Source of the DNA: Macrostomum lignano
Lineage: Eukaryota
NCBI GenBank assembly: GCA_002269645.1
Contig: NIVC01000749.1
Coordinates: forward strand, 186,001 to 250,000
Direction of reading: 5' to 3'
Length of the DNA: 64,000 nt
A model generated the notes under the pieces. It was not told the origin of the DNA. It worked only from the letters and a program-made list of their open reading frames with translations, and did not search any database. Numbering within the stretch: position 1 is the first letter of the stretch; each line of letters begins with the position of its first letter. Shown here piece after piece: positions 9,063-41,879 of this stretch. A program made the position numbers and the translations under genes.

Positions 9063-12000
9063 ATGTCTGTCGCAGTGGACGCCACTAGCAACGTCTCATT
9101 GGAAAGCGGCTTCAGTCCGTTGCACCTGTTTCAATGCACTCTGGCCAACGCCGGCATGCTTGTCGACTCGATGCCGCCAACAGACTTGGTGCTGGCGCTC
9201 CGCTTTCTCTCGACCCTTCACGGTCGCATTGTAGATGTGATGGAGCCTTCAGTAGGCGACGCTTGCCGTCTGGCCAATGCTTATAAAACATGCTTTGATC
9301 CGAATGAACCAGCGAAAGAGCCTGCCGCTACAAGCCAGCAGGTATCGGACTCAACGGTTGATAAGAAATCGAAATATTTGTCTACTACCGTTGCTGTCAA
9401 AACTGAGTCAAAGTCTTCGTTGAAAGCTGCCACTATGCCGTCTGATTGTCAGTTTGCTCAACAAGACAGCAATATGGATTATGCTAGCGAATATTCGGAC
9501 GACTGTTTAATAGTTGATGAGCTTAATGAAGCTACAACTTCGAATGCCGCTGCTGAGGATAGTAGTGCGTCTGAAGCCAGAACGAGGGCTGAGGTGATTG
9601 GCCTTTTTTAATCTTGTCGACAGGAGAGATGGTAGATAGAAAAAGTAAATTAAGTAACAGTTCCATTTTAATCTCAAGCTCAAGCGTGTGCAGTAATCCG
9701 CCTTATTTCCTCTTGCAGGCAGCACTGAAGGACAGCTACCAGTCCATCAAGGGTAGCAGTTTGCATCCGTTTGATTTTTCGAAACCGTGAGATCGCCATA
9801 TGCGGACTGAAATCTCTGAAATTAGGCGTAGCATTAGGCATACTTGCTTTATAGAATGCGTAAACTATATTTTATAAAAATATCAAGACGATTAGAGTGA
9901 CTTGTAGACGTAAAACTATTGGTGCGGCCAGTCTATATTTTCATGTACACTGGGACACTGTTACATTGTTTTACAGATTCGAACACGAGACCAACCAGTC
10001 AGTAGCTGAAAGAGTGCTCCGTGTGACTGCTAGTCGCACGGCTGGCACTCTCGGTCTTAGTAAAGGCGATCTGATGTGTAAGCTCCCAATATTCCAAATT
10101 CAAGTCACCTCTGGAGCAAATATTGTATCTTTTTTTTTATTTATCAATTTCATAATTTTTCTGTAGCCATTCTGCGCTCGTCAATTTTCAACGTTTTCGG
10201 CCCGTATCGATTGAAAAATAAGAAAAGCTACACTCGGACTCGCTGGAAGCAGCAGGTAAGTAAAGAAAGGATGTCAGGGGGGCCGTAGCCCAGTGGTCTA
10301 GCACAGGCTCTGGTGTGCCAGCGACCCAGGCTCGATTCCAAGTGCAGTCACATTAATTTGGGGCTGAATTGGAATCTCGGCTTGGCTCTGCTCGTGCAAT
10401 TAACGGCCTTGAAAGCCACCCCCCAAGGCGCAGTGAAGTGTACATGCCTAACGATAATATAAAGTTAGGGCCGCTGTACACCCTGTGTGAATGTGTGCCT
10501 GCGTACGTATCCGCGCGCTTGTATGCCTGCTCATGGGAGTCGGCGGAATGGGCAGTAATGCCTCTCGCCGGTTGTGTGCCTATGTCGCTTAAAGTGCGCC
10601 AGGGTGCACACAACCCCCCTGCCTCTAATAAAAAAGAAACGATGTCAAGTCTATTCGGAATCGTTTTTTATCACCTCATAATGTCAATAATTGTCAATAT
10701 GAGATGAAGCCACTGAAGGTAGTTGCTTGCTATTTCCGTAAACGTGTTTTAACTTGGATTTCTCTTGGACCGAATCTGTCCATATCGGCAGTGAGAACCC
10801 ACTGAGGGTCAAGCTGAAAGATAGCAATTCTCTGCAGCACCCATTGGTATATATTCAGCAACATTGCAAAGTCGCCACTCTCTGCGCCAGTAAGCAATTC
10901 CTCTTGGACTATTCTGAAATGAAAGATACGAGAAAACTGATCGGGGTAGCTTTAATATCCGTCCAACCCTCGCACACCGCTCCCCCACTTCATTCCTCAA
11001 CTCAAGTCTGCCGCGGCGTAGCTGAGTTGAGAGATGTTGCTGAGTATACATGCCAAACACAATTGTATTTTCTGCGTTGCCACGTAGGCAGATCAACATA
11101 TAACTTTTCCCAACGCGTTTCGGTCCAAAAACAGTCATCTTCAGGGTCTGTGATGTATTTTCACTCACGCAACAACCTTTCATAAGAAATAAATAGAGAA
11201 CTGGCGTTTACTGTACAGTCCAATGTCATATCAGGGGCAGAATGTTCAAGGTAAGTGAGCAAAGTATGGAGATTGCGAGTACATTGATCGGGTTTGTGCC
11301 TTTACTTAGAATACCTTGAGCAAATGGCCCACACCACTGTGAGAAAGCTGAGAATTCAAATTTGATTTCTGGTAACGTATTGACCGACCGACTTTTATTT
11401 ATTTCTTATGAAAGGTAGTTGCGTGAGTGAAAATACATCACAGACCCTGAAGATGACTGTTTTTGGACCGAAACGCGTTGGGAAAAAAGTTAATCTATGT
11501 TTATCTTTATATTTATTTTCCTGTGCCTTCTAAAGCGTGCTACCTTACCTCAATTTATATCGATATTTTTCAAGCAAAATTGAAAACCAGGATGCCAGCT
11601 GGCATCGGTCTAAAAATTTTCAAAATCAAATAACAACATCCGTATTCTGTACCATTAACCTTGATAGACTCCAGTCTGCAGACTTCCTCTTTATAGATAA
11701 GCTACTCAAATCGTTTTATCAAATAATTTAAAGACGCATTTCCTTTGAAAACCCCGACTTGCGGGAATCCTGGTTTCTTAGAAAAAAAAATGAAATTTTT
11801 CATGTTCTTTAAAGAGTTTTTTGTAAAATCAAGAGATTTATCCAAAACAATTTTTTTCTATTTTTGGGTAACCATGTTTTAAACTAAACAATGACAAAAA
11901 TGGGACTGTATCTCCGTAGTCTATTTTCTTAGAAACGAAGTTTCCCGTTCCAATCAAGATCAAGTCTTCCTTGGTCGCAACTTGAACAAAGAGAAAAAAA

Positions 12001-12448
12001 TAATGTCACTCAAAATTCACTAACGCAGAAATTGGCTCGACGTCAAAAGGCATTCGAGGAAATCATATCGAGCCTCCAGCCGGAAGAGATGGAGCAGTAC
12101 GGCGTAGTGCTGACTCGCGAGTTTACAACGTCGGATGAAGAGGAAGAGGAGAGCGGATCTAATGGGGCAGGAGACAGCGGCAGCAGCAGCTGTCGTAGAC
12201 CGAGGCTGCGCGCCCGTCGACATTACTGGGAAAGTGACCGCGTCCGCGACATCAAGCGTCGTCTTGACGACCTGTTCTTGCGTCGATTCGCTACCAAACG
12301 TCAACGAGACGAGCTGACTAGTAGGCGACAGTCCGTCGACGATGCTGTCCAGACGTTAAGTTCGATAACGCGAAGTCAACGAATGCCGCCAGCCGGTGCG
12401 CCAGACTGGGCCTTGAATCCGCAGTTCCGCTCTCGAGGGAAAGAATGA
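9063..12448 (+). CDS. Uncharacterised 5-exon gene (~402 aa). Exons 9063-9593, 9719-9786, 9977-10077, 10167-10255, 12029-12448
   Basis: All four introns are GT..AG with pyrimidine tracts, and phases (0,2,1,0) join into one open frame: ...ARTRAE|AALKDSYQSIKGSSLHPFDFSKP|FEHETNQSVAERVLRV...GDLM|SILRSSIFNVFGPYRLKNKKSYTRTRWKQQ|KLARRQKAFEE...HYWESDRVRDIKRRLDD...APDWALNPQFRSRGKE*. No family recognised. TTTTCAAG just before the ATG may be an acceptor for an upstream exon. Confidence 0.7.
10277..10640 (+). mobile_element. tRNA-derived SINE-like element in orphan-gene intron 4
   Basis: Head GGGGGCCGTAGCCCAGTGGTCTAGC (Pol III A box) and GGCTCGATTCC (B-box-like). The acceptor stem does not close, so it is not a tRNA gene. 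A GC-rich body ends in an A-rich tail near 10626-10640; the 3' boundary is uncertain. Confidence 0.5.
11104..11486. mobile_element. Penelope-like retroelement remnant: ~92-bp inverted repeat pair (11104-11195 / 11396-11486) containing a minimal hammerhead-like motif
   Basis: The arms are reverse complements with one mismatch and contain CCCTGAAGATG-N14-CGAAACGCGTTGG, i.e. the CUGANGA...GAAA core with palindromic ACGCGT helix III typical of PLE minimal hammerheads. No RT or GIY-YIG ORF found nearby. Confidence 0.5.
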
Positions 12449-12637
12449 GAGTTCTAGAATAAGCAGTTCCAATCTCTGAAGTTTTTCTGTTGTGGTTGAT
12501 TTATGCCACTCAGCTATTGCAATAATCAAACGTGCACATGCATCTTTGGTAATTCCGAATTTATGTGTACTTTGCATTGTGACGTCGTATCTTACCTGTT
12601 TATATCTACATGTACGTTAGAATAGGCATGTGCATTA

Positions 12638-12843
12638 GGGGGTTGTAGACTAGTGGTCAGAGCGTCGGACTCACGACTCTCTCGGATCAATTTGTGTCCC
12701 CGAGCAAGACACTTAACTCTGCATTGCTCCAGTTCACCCAGATGTAAAATGGGTGCCAGCAATAGCTGTAATTGAGGGTGTGTGTGGCGACCCCCCCCCC
12801 CCCCCAGTCCTTGGACTGAACAGCCGTACGCAGCCTTCAGGTG
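12638..12843 (+). mobile_element. CORE-like SINE with truncated tRNA-like head
   Basis: A-box-like TAGACTAGTGG, then GAGCAAGACACTTAACTCTGCATTGCTCCAGTTCACCCAGATGTAAAATGGG, resembling the CORE (MIR-type) domain; the 3' part is shared with the 14734 copy. Confidence 0.75.
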
Positions 12844-14733
12844 ATTCATGCTTGTTAGACAATTACCTATTTTTTCATGCATTAGCTAGCTGCTTAATTT
12901 GTTTTGCATTTGTCTGTAACAGTTGTAATTGAATGCGCGAATCACGAATCATTTCTCTGGTAAAGAATTTCCTCTTTTCTACAATTCCGTTTTAATTATT
13001 AATAATATTGTAATTACTGTTTATCTTGTCTAAAAGATTACATTTAGCATAAAAATGATTTCATATTAATTTTCTGTACAGGTGACAATTTCTTGGTATA
13101 GCAATGACAATAAATTCTTTATAATTCACGCATCTGCAACTGCATCAGCGTTCACGACGTTAAGTGATTAAAGAAACGTTATGATTTTGGATTGTTTTTA
13201 TGATCAACACACTGATACTTACTTTGGATTCCAACCTTGTCAAGTTTTAATGGCATATTACATGTATACTATAGGGCCAATGGTAAAAGGAATTGAAAAT
13301 CCTGTCTTTTAGCTGAAGTAAGAACGTTAATGCACTTACTCGGGGCCGTAAGAAACGTGTATTTGTCATATTGTCATTAATTTTTGCGGGCTTAAGCGTC
13401 CCTTTTCCGGGCGTCAATGTGGCAATTCGTGCCTTGAATTGTCTATGGTATTTTCTATTTCAGTAATAGAGCGAAATAGAACAACAGTGTGAAACAGAGG
13501 CAAACAAATAACAGCAGAAGTTAATGTTAATGTTAATCTCTGGGCGACTGAGACAGAAGAAGCGATGCAGTCCGGCTCTAATGCAGATGAGACTCGAATA
13601 GTTTGTGAGGGCGCAAAATGCGCGTCTTTGGGCCGCACTTCTTTAAAAGTCAGCTCCCCAGTCAAAGTTACGCGCCCTCAAAATTCTACATTGATGCCCG
13701 CAAAAAGTAATATTAATGTTATATTGCTAGTGTATTTAGCATGCTCTTAAGAAACAGAATATGTCTATGGCATGGCAAAACCTCATTCAGCGCATATTCT
13801 AGACATACTATCTAGATGTTTCATTCCAGCTAGCATTCTCCGAGACCCCGAAAACACAGGGGTTTGGGCCACAGAAACCAGCTGGTGCTGCTAATGTCTT
13901 GAGAGTAGCAGAAGCTATATAGTCTATGGTCAAAACCCCCCGAGGTGTTCGCGCTGCCAAAAGGCGGCTGGAGTGGCCCATCTAGGTAATATAATCTGTG
14001 GTCTCATTTCTAAGAAAGTCGAGTTTTATAGCGTCCTACTTGAGTTCTCCGTGAAATTCCCAAATAATTATACACGCGCAAAAGCCATTTACTTCTTAAT
14101 AAACTTATGTCTGTATGTACATAATAACCATGGCTACATAGCTATATGTATATATTTATTTATAATTTTTGCAATTGTTGAAAAACAGGCAGTTAAGGAA
14201 GTAAACGAATTTTGCAAAGAAAACATAATTTTACACTGCACATTCGAATTTGTTTAAAGTAGAAAATCTGCAAGAATTAAACAGTTTAATTCCCTTAGCC
14301 AGACGAGGTAGCAGTTCAGAGCGATACAAAAGTTAATTTTTCTATACAGTTTCAACCTTTGCTACTACTGCACATCACTCTAGTTAGTAATAAGATTAGA
14401 GTGTGAATTTTTTAACAATAAGCTGAAAATACCGGTTCAAGTTGCTTTTGCTTTCTTTATTTCGTTGAAAACATCTAAAGTAAACATGCATGGTTACAGA
14501 TGTTAATAAGCAAAGTAAAACAGCAAACTCTGTTCATAGCTCGTACAAACATATTGCTAAATGCGGTGTCTTCTGTTGATGGTTATCAATTGACGAATTT
14601 AATTGATCTTGTATAGCAGATCTTTGAATTGTTTAACAGTTTGCCTTCAATGCTGTTGACAATGGCTGAAATAAAAAAGTGCGATGGTTCGTTAGGATCA
14701 GTAGAAAAAATTAAGGATACCACTACCAGCTCA

Positions 14734-14884
14734 CTCGGAACAATTTGTGCCCTTGAGCAAGACACTTAACTCTGCTTTGCTTCAGTTCACCCAGCTGTAA
14801 AATGAGGCTAAAGTAATCGAAGGTGCGTGTGGCGACCCCCCCCCACCCCAGTCCTTGGACTGAACAGCCGTACGCAGCCTTCAG
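14734..14884 (+). mobile_element. CORE-like SINE fragment
   Basis: CCTTGAGCAAGACACTTAACTCTGC...GTGGCGACCCCCCCCACCCCAGTCCTTGGACTGAACAGCCGTACGCAGCCTTCAG, near-identical to the 12638 copy. Confidence 0.8.
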
Positions 14885-15350
14885 ATGCGCCGCGCAATAG
14901 CTGCGGCTGAGCTGTCGGTTGCACATCTGGCCCAATTGGGGCAGGTGTAATCAATTATTATTATCCCGAATGTATATTACCCGATGTAAAATTTCATCAC
15001 GTGACTATACTTTCCCTGGCTTATCTATCCACCCGTCCTTATCGTTGCATTAGCGTGAAATAAATTAGCGGGTAATTATATGCACAATGGAGATTTTCTG
15101 CATAGATCTTCGTAATAATTATTGTTTGCGCCAAAACCATGTTCTTCAAATATTTTCTAAGAAAGAAATTTGCATCCTACACTCGATTTTCTTTGAAACA
15201 AGCTAGGAAGTTGGTAAAAAAGGAAACGCGTGCTTGTCATGCTCTATGGCCAAGTGCTCTGAGAGATAGCGCTGAATGAATGGGGTTTCTGCCATAGAAA
15301 AATTCGGTCCAGAAGATTTCTGAATTCTTCCTTCTACCTAGTAAAGGAAA

Positions 15351-36741
<21,391 letters not shown>

Positions 36742-39700
36742 AGTATAACGCAATTTTTACTTGGCAATAAAAAATTGGCAATAAAAACTGGATTAATAAT
36801 ACTGATCCACGGAGAGAACCTTAGTCCATTGAACTGTTGCTGTCTGGGTCTCAGAACTCTCTCTCTCTCTCTCTCTAGCTATTATAGACAGCTAAAAGAC
36901 CCAGGGCCAACCCCACTTCCGATCCCAAACTGACCGAAATCTGTCAGTCGCCCATTGGTTAAGCGGGCCTGCTGTATTGGGCCAATGACGCGCTATTAAG
37001 CCCTATACCTTAACGCCCTCCACCTGCATACTTGTGTAGTTTTATGCGCAGTGCATGTACAACTGTAAAGTTCAATATTGCAAGAGTAGCCTATTCTACG
37101 TCTATAAGCTAAGCTTAGCGATTTAGTGTAGTGGACTAGCAGTCTGAGCCCCCCCTGAGGGCGAGACTTTAATAAGGAAATTGAAGTTTATGATAACAGG
37201 AATACGATCGTAGCCATGCTTAACTGTAATTGGCGATTTAGTATAGTGGACTAGCAGTCTGAGCCCCCCAAAGGTAATGAACTTTAATAAGGAAATTAAT
37301 TAACTAAAAATAAAAATAACGGGACTTGAACGAAACTATCTTATTGGTTGTATGAAGTTTGCTAGCTTATTCGATTCAATTTGTCAGTTTTAATTAGTCG
37401 TGTCGATACGAATTTTTATTGTAATAAAAAGCGAGTTGAAAGCTACCCAATTTGAAATTTCTTCGTGTTACTCGTATGACTGGAATCGGAATGTATACAA
37501 AAATAAGATTGTTAATTTTATTGTTCAACACTTAGTAAAATGTGACTAATCAAGATAAATCTATTTTTAATGTGTTTAGAATAATAGGAAAAAAATATCT
37601 AAGGGTGCTCAGCAAAATAAAAATATTCACATATAGCTTTTAGTTCTGAACTGTTTTTTAACAGTGCCATAACACTAACTACAACAGAATTAGTTGTTTA
37701 TGAGATTAAAAAATCCGCTTTAAACCTGGACAGCACTTCTTTAAAATTTATAAAGCCTAATCTGATAAATGCTAATTTACATTGGTATATTTCGATGAAT
37801 AATGGGGAATGCTAAGAAGCCTGCATTCCAGTCCAGACTTTGGGTACTTTAAACAATTAGGTAGAAAGACCAAGTGTTAGCAAAATCCTCGCTAGCAAAC
37901 TTCGGCTAAGAAATTTCCTGTATAACTAGCATAAAAATCTGGTACTTCCGCATCAATCAATTAATTTAGGCTACAGAGAGTCGCGACAAATAACGACTTG
38001 AAAATATTTTTTTCGAATCAAAAAGCAAGTAGTTCATTTGCACGCGTTAGCCAGTAAGATCTTCCCCCCATTGCCATCTGAAGCAGCTTTCTTCTTTTTC
38101 TTCGGCTGCTAAGAAATTTTCGTTGCTTAAGACACGGTCTTCGCGTAATTAGTGGCCAAGAAGACGAAAGTCCAGTGGGCCGCTCCCCAGGGGGTTGACC
38201 GAAAGGAACTAAACCAAAGTATAACAGTAGCAGCAGCCATAGCAAGTACAAAAGCTATATACACTGGAACTAAATAACACATGGGCAGCAGGGAACATCG
38301 GACAAGAAGTTTTCCTTTAGCTCTGATAGAGCCTGTCAGAGAGCAATGAGGGACCACCCACGGTTCTGAAAGCCGAGTTTAATGCTTTTAGTTAGTAGAG
38401 ATTGTCTGACCGATTGCACTGCTGATCAGGGGGTGCAGAAAATCCGAAACAGGGACCTCTAAGAAACTTGGAATCGAAAACGAGTGCAGCAGGGATACTG
38501 GGCCCAGTCCAACACTGCATCACTCGCTCTAACTCACTAATTGGTGTGAGGTGTGTTTCACAAATTCGAACTTTCAGATGGTCGTCGAAATCACGAAGCG
38601 ATTTTTTACCACACGTGAAATTTCGAGCTTGAATTGACTTCTTCGGAATCTGGCAGTCCATGTACCGTGTATCCAAAGGTCCCTGTACCAGTTGCAACCC
38701 ACGCAATCACATGCCTTCTACATCTGAAATGCTATATTTGGTTAAGGTAAGCAAGATTTCCGGTATCTGCAGTGCGGTTCAACAGGGAACAAGAACACAC
38801 CAAGCAGGCGCACAATGGCTACACAATAATGCCTCTAATTAGGTAAAAATGTAAAAGTGCATTTCCAAATTTCCGAATGTGGGGGCGTCGTGGTGTCCTT
38901 TTCGTAGTTCCATCATTGATAGCGTCACAAAAATTTAATAAAAGTTCACTTTTTCATTCAGGAGGGTGAAATCCATGGATTTTGACGGGGGCAGAACCAA
39001 AAGCAAAAGTCTGGAGCAAAAGTCGTGATTTTAATTATTCAATACACTGTAAGTCCGTTAGAAAACTTAATAAGTTAGTAATGCTTTGGGAAGGTGGCAA
39101 ATTTGAGCTTGTGAGCCGATGACTTTACTTGACATTCGTGAATTAGGACTTCGAGATAGATGCGCGAATGAAAATACTTTTTTTGCATTTTAAAAAACAA
39201 TGAACCATTACAATCGACTACCGCCTTTTTCAAAACCAGTTTCGACTCTGATTTGTGAGTTTTCTACGAGTAGACATATAGGAGGATATGTCTATTGGAC
39301 GGACGGGCAACAACACGTCAAATTTAGTAAGATAAAATACTGACCGTTCTGATATAACTGACAGACAGACAAACTATACACAAGACGTATTTTTCTGTCT
39401 TTGTTTTAATAATTTTAAGCACTAACACTTCCTTATATCTAACTCTAATCCCTTATCTTTGCTGTCTTTATTAGAATTGTAGCCCTATATGGGTCCTGTG
39501 CTGTTAAACACACGGCGAGTCAGCTGCTATGGCCATAGACTATCGGTTTAGTAGAAATTGTGTTTATTGTCAGCGTGGCCCCGAAGCTCTTACTGTAGGG
39601 AAGCATTTCCAGCCTGTCTCCTTTCTTCATGAATTAGACGAAATAATTATAACTTACTATCCAATATATTGATTGTTCATTCTGTATTTTTTATAGTTAT

Positions 39701-41879
39701 GTCAATTTCCAACAGAATCTAGCGGATTTCTTCGTCTAGATTACTAGTGTATAGCTTTCAGGATCGGATTACACGAAGGACCACTTTAAAAGTAGTTAAA
39801 TAAAATGTTAGGCATGAGTATGACCTTCACGGTAGACAGATGTCCAACCAAATGAGACTGGATTCAATCGATTTCTAGTCAATTGTCAAAGGTGGGCGAC
39901 AGTGCTTTAAAAAACTTAATTTCAAATTCGTTTAATTCTATGGTACACAACCCTTCCTCATTCAAACTAATTCGTTCAGAATAAATTTCTAGAGTGAGGT
40001 TATTTAACACTATCAAAACGAATAAAGTGCACGTATTTTAAAAATACTACAGGTTTCCTACTGATTGTGCAAATGAAGGAAACTTACCAAACTTAATAAA
40101 GAGCCTTTGCTCCTTGATGCAAAGGTACCTCAATTTATGAATATTTGACCGTTGATTTGTACAAAACAAATGTCCAGTGACCAGGTATTTTGGGTCAAAA
40201 GGAATTTGACTTTTCATGTCTAGTTGTCACCATAGACAGATCTGACGTTTTATGGAAAATTATTACTGTACTGTAATTGATGGTTACGCCCTGATCTAGA
40301 GGATAACAGAGGCTAATTCAACCGTTAACAGAAACTGAATGAATAACTCTAAGATCTCAAGCGTATTTTCCAATTCTATCAGCAGACAAAAAAACGCGCA
40401 GATCACTTTTGCAGAATAAAAACTAACTGCAGCAGATATAATTTAATAAAAAAAACGTAAAACCTTTATTTACTGGATAGCAATTAGCAATAACTTTTAA
40501 GAGTACGTTAAATTGTAACCTAATAAAATCCTAACCCACTACTAGTGCGTACAAGTAGCATATAGAATAATTGAAAACATAAATTAATAAAATGTGCAAA
40601 TCAGACAACAGTATGGAATACTACTTATTCATCACTAACTAAACCTTAACAAAATGTCGTTAGAGATCTTGAATGCGAGTCACCCGATGAAAACGGCAGT
40701 TGTTGCAGGTAACACGGGTAAAATAGGAATGAAGTGACTCTAGACGACTCTAAAACGACAAGATGTCACGGTAAAGAGTCGCCTAAAAGTCAATTCAAGG
40801 CGTGTTACTGAATAACTGAGTTGTGTCCAAAGCACATCTGTGTCACTCTATGAATTAGAATCGCATTTCGCATTGATAACAACTCTATTTATCCTACTTG
40901 AGTTGGTAGAAAGTTAAGAGCTAACAATAACGACTCTTTTTGTGTAACAGATCAAGTACAAAGGCCCAGAACAGTCAGTAATATGCGCAGATGCAAAATC
41001 AAAAAAAAAACAATAGACAAAATACATCAACAAAAACTCGACGGTGAGGTTTGAAAGAGAAATCGAACGCATTCCTGTGAGCAAAGCGAAATTGATGACT
41101 TGCAACTACAGTGCAACAAAGAGAATTACTTACAACTAGTTGATTAGTATAATTCGCATTTTTTCGCTAGCTGCAGTCGACATACATTATATATACACGA
41201 GCTATACTACTACTAGTAGCCCTAACTTGCAATCAAAATAAACAACTTTTTATAAAAATTTCAAGTGCCAGAACCCAGATATGCAACAACACGCAATTAA
41301 ATCTAGTTACTGCAAATAATTAACATATACGCGTTTGAAAGCAGACTATTAATGAAATTAACAAAATGTTTACTTTAAAATAAATAATTATCTATATAAG
41401 CCAGTAAATACTTCAGCTGCGTACAGATAATTATTTATTTAGATGCAGAAATTTCAATAAAAAGACAAACAAATAACAATAAAATTTTGCGTAAAACATT
41501 TAAATTAAATTTTATCTTAGCAAACCAGATAAACGCAAGATCGAATCTTTAATAGAAAAATAGTGCAAGTTTGTCTTCATCAGTAAGCATCAGCAAAATG
41601 AATTGGCGAAATTATGCAACTTTTATTAGTGCAATTTTCTTTGTTAATTTTTTATAAAGTAAAATGTTTCACTTGCCTACTGCTATGACCTATCTGTAAG
41701 TAGTATGAAGCGATGTTTAGAACGAGGCAAAATATTTGATGTTTAAAATCGTGCACAAACTAGCCTACTACTATCCAACTAACTTGCCAGTAGTACGAAG
41801 GGATTATTTTTTCATAAGGAGAAAACTTCATTAAAACTTAATTAGATATTAATTTAAGCGATATTGATGGTAGATTAAG

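Noticed and set aside
10277-10352. Possible tRNA gene
   Set aside because: A/B-box-like motifs are present, but the acceptor stem and T arm do not pair; better explained as a SINE head.
13375-13712. ~19-bp imperfect inverted repeat (ATTA.TTTTTGCGGGC) bounding 330 bp
   Set aside because: No TSD and no second copy in the window; too weak to call a MITE.
38020-38830. Possible minus-strand exons with a hydrophobic segment (VYIAFVLAMAAATVILWF)
   Set aside because: No recognisable domain and I could not build a consistent exon chain; left unannotated.
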